A stretch of 61,613 nt of DNA, filler included, from an uncultured Clostridia bacterium (GTDB lineage Bacteria > CAYTYR01 > UBA6262), in NCBI GenBank assembly GCA_964441745.1. It is 5 parts of 5 records of this genome, joined end to end, with 100 filler letters (N's around TTAATTAATTAA, not from the genome) between each part and the next. Parts side by side here need not be neighbours in the genome. Positions count along the whole stretch, not along the records: positions 55,254 to 61,613 come from CAYTYR010000038.1; 4 more parts are not named here. One strand, given 5' to 3'. The first letter of the stretch is position 1. Every line of letters begins with the position of its first letter. The position numbers and the translations under genes are program-made. Positions 55,254-61,613 of the stretch are shown here, piece by piece. The notes under the pieces were generated by a model. The model was given only the letters and a program-made list of their open reading frames with translations, was not told the DNA's origin and made no database searches.

Positions 55254-56818
55254 AGAAAAACATCTGTCTGCTCTACTTTAAGCAGATAGATCAATAGCAA
55301 GTAAAGTACAATGATCACCATCCCGACTAGGCCCAAACTTATTATTTGTCCCAAGAAAGTATTTTGAGTGAAGATGATACTGAGTTTTGACAGGCAGTAC
55401 ACGCCCGCTCTTACTGCGATCAGCCCGGAGAAAATAGTTTTTATAAAATCCATAGCCAACTGCTTTAATTTTAATTTTCCGATCTTCCTTTGCAAAAAAA
55501 CCAATAACAAGCCCATTTGGATCATCGCCGCTATGGAACTGGCCAAGGCCAGTCCGTTTTGGGCCATCAACGTGATCAATAGTAAACTTAGGACGATGTT
55601 ACTAACTACCGCGGTGATAGCCAGTTTGACTGGAGTTTTAGTATCACTAAGAGCGTAAAATGCCCTGATCAAGACATAATTCACGGCCAAAGCAAAGGTA
55701 CCTATAGCAAAATATACCAGCACTCCCGAAGTCAGGATCGTTGCTTGCCGATCAAAAGCTCCTCTTTCAAAAAGAAACCTGATCACCGGCATTCTAAGGA
55801 ACACTAATCCGATCGTTAATGGCACAGTAATGATCAAACATACCCTGATCGCCTTGGAAACTATTTGCCGGAATTTCTCGTGCTCATTGAGGGCTATATG
55901 CCAGGACAAACTGGGGAAAATAGCAGTAGAGACTGCCACCCCAAAAACACTGGGTGCAATCTGGTTAATGAGATTGGCATAATTCAACGCTGATATGCTG
56001 CCGGCAGAAAGTCCGGACCCCAGTATCTTGCTGATCACAATATTCAATTGGTTCACTGAAAGTCCCAGGATCAGGGGGAACCAAAGCACCCCTATTTTTC
56101 TAATTCCTTCTTGTTCCAAGCTTAATTTCGGAATGTAGCGTATTCCCTTTTTGTATAAGAGCGGCAGGTTCATCACGGTGATACATATACCACCAACGAG
56201 CGCGCCGACTACCAGGGAGTAAATATCTAAAAATGGAGCCAACAAGAGCATACACACAATATTTGCCATATTTAAGATCAGCGGTTGTAAAGCCGGAACC
56301 GTAAAATGATGATAAGAATTAAGGATAGCGCCAAAAAGTGAAGCTAGTCCGAGGAAAATAATGGCTGGGAAAAATAAACGGGTAAGTTTGATGGTCAGGT
56401 CTAAGGTCTCACCTTTAAAACCCGGAGCTACTATATGGGTCAGGGCAGGAGCAAAGAGGATACCAAACAGGGTCATCAGGATCAAGGCTATAATTAGTAT
56501 GTTAAAGATACCAGACGCCAGTTTTTGGGCCTCATGCTCCTGTTTTTTAGCGAGATAGGTAGTATAGACAGGAATAAAAGCGCTGGTTAAGGCCCCACCG
56601 GCCAGCACATCCCTGAGAAGCTCAGGGATATTGGATGCAACAAAATAAGCGTCAGTTTTGTAGGTAGCGCCAAATTTTGCGGCCAGGATAAAACTGCCAA
56701 TAAAACCAAAAACTTTACTGACCAAAGCAATCACCGTGATCATGACCGTAGCGCTGGCAATGACCTTTTTGGGAGCAGAAGTATCTGTTATTTGCTGATT
56801 ATTGTCTGATATTTCCAT
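55254..56818 (-). CDS. MurJ/MviN-family flippase (3' end at gap)
   Basis: FGA...DAYF.A..IP, GAL..AFIP, APGF, G.ISALNYA, LFERGAF, RAFYA..DTKTP. Confidence 0.88.
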
Positions 56819-56832
56819 ATTTTAATATTATA

Positions 56833-57387
56833 TCACAAACATGAAGAATTGGGAAGGTTTTTAGCAGTTTTTTGGGAGACTATTGCGGTGAGGATCAGGC
56901 CCAGCAAGCCGCTGACTATGTTTAGCATTATATCCCGGACATCCCCTACCCGGTTGGGGATAAGATACTGGATGATCTCATCCAAGGTGCCAATGAAACT
57001 GACGATCAGGAATGTTTGCCAGCAAGAAAACAAAAACGACCATTCTGCTGGATATACCCTAAACACTAAGAAGCTCAACAGGCCATATTCCAATAGATGG
57101 ATCCTTTCTTCGGGTATCTTCAATATGTTGAGCCCATAGCCATATAGGCAAAAAACGATCAAAGCCAGGATCCATTGTTTCCAGGAAATCTTGCTTTTTA
57201 TTAACATCAGAGATAGACCAGCCATAACAGCAATGAGCACAATATCAGTCAACAGGTCAAATCTAGACCCTAAATGAGCCTTTAGAAAATTCAAAACCGG
57301 CCGCATGATTGGTAAGGTTAAATAAATCAAAGCTACATAACTTATGACCAGAATAATCCTGGCTTTATTTGTTTTTAAATTCAGCAT
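56833..57387 (-). CDS. VanZ-family membrane protein
   Basis: ERIH..EYG.L, DE..Q..IPNR..D.RD...N. Confidence 0.82.
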   Translation of the reverse strand: MLNLKTNKARIILVISYVALIYLTLPIMRPVLNFLKAHLGSRFDLLTDIVLIAVMAGLSLMLIKSKISWKQWILALIVFCLYGYGLNILKIPEERIHLLEYGLLSFLVFRVYPAEWSFLFSCWQTFLIVSFIGTLDEIIQYLIPNRVGDVRDIMLNIVSGLLGLILTAIVSQKTAKNLPNSSCL

Positions 57388-58487
57388 AATAAAGCTTCTT
57401 TATAAACTTTTATGTGTTCCTCAACTGTTTTTTCCCAGGTAAACTTCCTTGCTCTTTGCAAACCCTTCTCTTTTAGTTGCCTGCGCAAAACTTGGTCTGT
57501 TAGCACCTGGTCTATAGTATTGGCAAATCCTGCCGTATCGGCTGGGTTAATGATCATCGCTGCATCTCCGGCAATTTCAGGCACAGCGGTAGCATTGGAA
57601 CACACAACTGGAGTTCCACAAGCCATTGCCTCCAGTATCGGCAAGCCAAATCCTTCAAATGATGAAGGGAAAGCCAGCAATCCTGCTTGGGTATAAAGAG
57701 CCGGTAGATCTTCTTCCATCACATAATCAGTAAAGACTATGTTTTCTCCCATATTCAAAGTTTTGATAATTTCATAAATTTCCGTTCGGCACAGGTCTTT
57801 GCGGCCGGTAATGACTAGTTTGTATTCTTGGATGGCCTGGCTTTTGCTAAAAGCAGTAATAAGAGCCGGGATATTTTTCCTCTTATCATGTTTACCTACA
57901 TAGAGAATATATTTTTCAGGAAGATTATATTTGGCTAGCTGCGACTTTGGGTCTTTGACCGGTTGATATTTAGGGGCCACTGCTAGATAAATAACGCGTA
58001 TTTTTGTTTCAGGGACATGAATAGTATTCATTAGATCTTGTTTGCTATATTGGGAATCAGTAATGATCAAACGTGCCTGCCGGCAAGCAAAACCGATCAT
58101 AAAAGCAGCATAAAACCTGGCCAATATATTCTGGCAGGCTCCTGGATATTTCAGGTACATCAAATCATGTATCGTAACTACAAAAGGGAATTTCTTTTTC
58201 AAGGACACATTAAAGTTGGGGAAATGAACAAGGTCAGGCTTTAAGGCTGATAAATAATAGGCCAGCATTATTTGTTCCTTTATGCTGTATATATTAGTGT
58301 GGATTAGAGAATGCATCAATGCCGCATGATCGAGCCGGCCTATATACTTCTCATCTCCGCTGTTCAGGAATATCGTAAGCTTAATATTTTCCCCTGGGGC
58401 CAGCCGGTCAATTTTTTCAATTATATTCTGGATATAGCGTCCGATGCCGGTATTTCCCAGCATACGGGCATCAATAAACAATTTCAT
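57381..58487 (-). CDS. GT4 glycosyltransferase
   Basis: IDAR...TGIGRY, VVTIHDL, RKN...LI.AF, EGFGLP.LEAMACG.PV, F.WE. Confidence 0.92.
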   Translation of the reverse strand: MKLFIDARMLGNTGIGRYIQNIIEKIDRLAPGENIKLTIFLNSGDEKYIGRLDHAALMHSLIHTNIYSIKEQIMLAYYLSALKPDLVHFPNFNVSLKKKFPFVVTIHDLMYLKYPGACQNILARFYAAFMIGFACRQARLIITDSQYSKQDLMNTIHVPETKIRVIYLAVAPKYQPVKDPKSQLAKYNLPEKYILYVGKHDKRKNIPALITAFSKSQAIQEYKLVITGRKDLCRTEIYEIIKTLNMGENIVFTDYVMEEDLPALYTQAGLLAFPSSFEGFGLPILEAMACGTPVVCSNATAVPEIAGDAAMIINPADTAGFANTIDQVLTDQVLRRQLKEKGLQRARKFTWEKTVEEHIKVYKEALLC

Positions 58488-58490
58488 AAA
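58402..58490. repeat. 89-bp exact direct repeat, copy 1 (5' end of GT4 gene)
   Basis: Identical to 60119-60207. Confidence 0.92.
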
Positions 58491-58583
58491 TATACCTTTG
58501 CTGCGATATTACAAGTCTCTCAATAAATAACTCGTGCTCCGTCCGCCGGCGGAGTCCTTGACCAGTAACCAAAAAAACACGCG

Positions 58584-59912
58584 TCACCTTTTCTCATTAA
58601 CCGCCAAGTCAATAAATTTATCGAGATGATCCGCCAAAAATATCGGGATATTAATAAGATTATTATCTTTTTTAAGATTCTTTAGTGAAAACCTCACTCG
58701 GATTGATGGGGCATATTTTTGATTGTACAAAGTAAAACTCTTGCTTCTCACATTTTCATCTGACTTAACTTCTATAGGAATAATATCGTTACCGCGCTGA
58801 ATAGTAAAATCAACCTCTGCTGTCGCCCCGGAAGACCAATATCTCGGTAAACCTTCATATTGAGTCACCAGACTTTGCAAAATATAGTTCTCGGAGAGCG
58901 CCCCTTTAAACTCCGAGAACAACCTATTACCTTCACTAAACGAGACTGGATCGAGGAATGCCAGTCGGCGCAAAAGACCGACATCAACTGCATAAAGTTT
59001 AAACGCTCCCAGATCATCATACGCTGCGACAGGAAGACTCGGCTTTGTGTTCCGATATATTTTGTACCCCAGCCCGGCATTACAAAGCCAGGTCAGGGCA
59101 TCTTCATACTCTCTTGCTCTTATCCCTTCTTTGACCATTTTATACATAAATTTTTTATTTTCTTTTGAAAGCTGAGACGGGATCGACGACCAGATCAACC
59201 CTAGTTTGGCAATATCCTTAATTTCCGCATGCTTTGAAAAATCAAGCTCATACGCATCCAATATATCCCGCAATACTTTTTGAACCCGCGCAACATCCTT
59301 TTCTTCGGCCCAGGCACGCACTGATTCAGGCATACCTCCGGTGATAAAATACATCTTTAATTTTTCATATAACTGATTAAAGAAAATATCCGGGATAGGA
59401 TCTAAACCGCCAATATTATCAATATATTGAATAAGCTTTTCTTCTCCCATCGCCCACAAAAACTCTGTAAACGTCATCGGATCTAGCGCCAGGAACTCAA
59501 CTTTTCCAACTGGGAACGACGCCGGCTTCGACACCTTGATCCCCAACAACGACCCTGCGCAGGCAATATGATATTCCGGAGCGGTTTCGCAAAAATATTT
59601 CAAGGCGTTAAGCGCCGCGTTACATTCCTGAATCTCATCAAAAATAATAAGCGTTTTACCTGGAAGGATCGGAGCGCCATTAATCAAAGTAAGATTTTGA
59701 AGGATCCTTTGAATATCTTTGGTCGTTTCAAAATATTGTTTTAATTCTCCTTGCTCATCAAAATTAAAATAAGCCGTATTTTCATAATATTTTTTACCAA
59801 ATTCCCTTAATAACCACGTCTTACCAACTTGACGAACACCTTTCAAAATAAGTGGCTTTCTCTGTTCCGAATTCTTCCATAAAAGTAATTGCTTTATTAT
59901 TGATCGTCTCAT
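58584..59912 (-). CDS. AAA_14 + DUF4143 ATPase
   Basis: KPLIL.GVRQVGKT, FDEIQ, GSLLG, GGMP, K.Y..DVGL, AEVDF...IP.EVKS. Confidence 0.9.
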   Translation of the reverse strand: MRRSIIKQLLLWKNSEQRKPLILKGVRQVGKTWLLREFGKKYYENTAYFNFDEQGELKQYFETTKDIQRILQNLTLINGAPILPGKTLIIFDEIQECNAALNALKYFCETAPEYHIACAGSLLGIKVSKPASFPVGKVEFLALDPMTFTEFLWAMGEEKLIQYIDNIGGLDPIPDIFFNQLYEKLKMYFITGGMPESVRAWAEEKDVARVQKVLRDILDAYELDFSKHAEIKDIAKLGLIWSSIPSQLSKENKKFMYKMVKEGIRAREYEDALTWLCNAGLGYKIYRNTKPSLPVAAYDDLGAFKLYAVDVGLLRRLAFLDPVSFSEGNRLFSEFKGALSENYILQSLVTQYEGLPRYWSSGATAEVDFTIQRGNDIIPIEVKSDENVRSKSFTLYNQKYAPSIRVRFSLKNLKKDNNLINIPIFLADHLDKFIDLAVNEKR

Positions 59913-60042
59913 AGACACCTTTTGGTTGAGTTTATGTGATATAAATCACCTTTATCTAACCAAACTATATATCAAATACAAAATAAAAGCAAGTTTTTTA
60001 AATCAAAAATCCGTTTCATCTTTGTCATTACAAACCCGGTGG

Positions 60043-60204
60043 CTACTGCCTGACGGCAGGCAGGATGCCAATCTCGATTCCTTTAATCGTCTCCCTAATC
60101 CCCTCTTCCATAGTAAAAAGCCGGTCAATTTTTTCAATTATATTCTGGATATAGCGTCCGATGCCGGTATTTCCCAGCATACGGGCATCAATAAACAATT
60201 TCAT
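60043..60204 (-). pseudogene. Chimeric 53-aa ORF: GT4 first 29 codons + foreign tail
   Basis: MKLFIDARMLGNTGIGRYIQNIIEKIDRL-FTMEEGIRETIKG...*. Confidence 0.6.
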
Positions 60205-60207
60205 AAA
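60119..60207. repeat. 89-bp exact direct repeat, copy 2
   Basis: Identical to 58402-58490. Confidence 0.92.
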
Positions 60208-60245
60208 AGTCCTGATGACATATATTTAAAACAACATATTACTTT

Positions 60246-61532
60246 TTATCTTTCACGATCCATCCCGTTTGCTATACCGGACAATCCTAAAAACATAAAG
60301 AAAGCCGCTATTATCCTGATCTCCATCAGGGGAATCGCTTCAGTCATGCCCACCATGATCAAAGTAATTAGGACATAAACGACGGCGAGGCTGAATAGCT
60401 CATTGGTCTGATAAAAATACCTCAGGTTATATTTAATATTCAAAGATAAGAACAAGATTATGAACAATAAGGTCAGGATACCGCTCTTTGCCCAAAAAGC
60501 CAGGTACATATTATGCGCAGTCGTGTCAGGCAGGGCCTTATATTTCGGCGCAAAAACGCGATAGTTGATATTCCAATTATCCTTGTCCAACCCCACCCCG
60601 AACCAGGGGTGCTGTTTGATCACTTCGATACTAGCCCTCCAGATAGGCAGACGATTGTGTAGTACTACATTATCACCAAGGTATTTGAACTGGCTATTAT
60701 CGTAACGAGGATTCATAACAGTAAAAACTCTAATCCCGCCATACGAAACGATCAAAGCCAGCACCAACAAGAGGATAACCTTATACAGCCGCCAGCGGTG
60801 GGAGAAATAAACCGCAATCACTATTATCAGAGACGTAAAAAAAGAATATATCCCACTCAAAGATCCGGTAAAAACTAGTCCAAGGATGAAAACAATGCCA
60901 ACTACCAGGTAAATCACTCTCTTCTTTTCCGTGAGCGCCAACCAGATCGCTGCCGCTATCGCAAAACACATATAGATCGACGCGTCATTGGCGTTCAAGA
61001 AAAATCCACCTTCCTTATGGGGATAAAGAACATTATAAACTGCTGTTTTGTCCAGCATCGCCTGCAATCCTTTGGGCTCGATAAATATTTTTAACCACGG
61101 GAAACCCAAGAGCCGTAATTTTACCGGGTCATTGATAAAAAGCAAGATAATAAACAGAGCTAAAGGCAAAGAACTAAATAAAAATATTTTCAGGATAGCC
61201 GCCTTTTGCCTGATAGCTCCCTGGTAAATATAATAAATTGGCAGTCCCAATCCTAAGATAAAAACATGCTTAAACGCATCCGTTTTATCCCCGGAGTAAT
61301 AAAAACTAGCCAGGATCATTATCCAAAACAGAAAATAGAACAATATTTTATCCTTAAAAAACTGCCGGATTTCAATCCTTCCGCTTCCGCTCAAGAAAAG
61401 GGTCAGTGATAAAACCATGAAAACCGTTATGTATTTTCCCCGATAGGCTGGGAAATATATTTGCAATGGTATTAGTAAGGTTAACAAATAAGTTAATATT
61501 TCGTTAATCCGTAAACTTAGTACTGGTTTCAC
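60246..61532 (-). CDS. O-antigen ligase/polymerase (Wzy_C) family membrane protein; start uncertain
   Basis: Many TMs; G.F.N.N, T.S, R..IW......I..HPWFGVG, AHN.YL....GI. Confidence 0.85.
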   Translation of the reverse strand: MKPVLSLRINEILTYLLTLLIPLQIYFPAYRGKYITVFMVLSLTLFLSGSGRIEIRQFFKDKILFYFLFWIMILASFYYSGDKTDAFKHVFILGLGLPIYYIYQGAIRQKAAILKIFLFSSLPLALFIILLFINDPVKLRLLGFPWLKIFIEPKGLQAMLDKTAVYNVLYPHKEGGFFLNANDASIYMCFAIAAAIWLALTEKKRVIYLVVGIVFILGLVFTGSLSGIYSFFTSLIIVIAVYFSHRWRLYKVILLLVLALIVSYGGIRVFTVMNPRYDNSQFKYLGDNVVLHNRLPIWRASIEVIKQHPWFGVGLDKDNWNINYRVFAPKYKALPDTTAHNMYLAFWAKSGILTLLFIILFLSLNIKYNLRYFYQTNELFSLAVVYVLITLIMVGMTEAIPLMEIRIIAAFFMFLGLSGIANGMDRER

Positions 61533-61613
61533 CCGTTCCTCTTCTTTCCTATTGCTAATCACACCTGTCCGGTTAAAGTTTGCAAAAAGTCCCCCGATAC
61601 GGTAGAATAGTTT

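Noticed and set aside
59926-60378. 150-aa plus-strand ORF
   Set aside because: Antisense across the duplicated GT4 start and the ligase 3' end; no independent support

Overview
Diderm (Tol-Pal-bearing) bacterium, probably an anaerobe from a poorly cultured lineage (taxon cannot be fixed from this window). The window is five contigs joined by four artificial 100-nt linkers (N44-TTAATTAATTAA-N44 at 19011, 35645, 48475, 55154), so synteny across them means nothing. Contig 1 holds a permuted pal-cpoB-tolA-tolB-tolQ-tolR cluster, a 1391-aa secreted FN3/CBM protein with a T9SS-type C-terminal sorting domain next to a PorV-family barrel, tRNA-Leu(CAG), smpB, tmRNA, an amidase, murI, queDCE, several small genes, and an antitoxin-like/nucleotidyltransferase pair cut by an IS end. 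Contig 2 lies between two IS ends and carries accessory genes: msrB, a signal-less SBP, a sensorless HK plus RR, oxidoreductases, ABC-F, a GHKL ATPase and a decayed RAYT. Contig 3 has a 2-oxoacid:ferredoxin oxidoreductase, an ABC exporter, two aldolases behind a structured leader, YgiQ, GGDEF-PilZ, rubrerythrin and msrA. Contig 4 has an AlbA/Schlafen-like pair, aspS, hisS, a TIM-barrel metalloenzyme and an uncharacterised protein. By motif reading that protein is an archaeo-eukaryotic primase catalytic domain fused to a PriL-like Fe-S domain, and it is the top candidate for a new system. Contig 5 is a polysaccharide locus with an AAA-DUF4143 cassette bracketed by an exact 89-bp duplication. 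Dispersed short-unit repeat families are common, and some sit in-frame inside queD, queC and queE. All family calls come from reading motifs, not from database searches.
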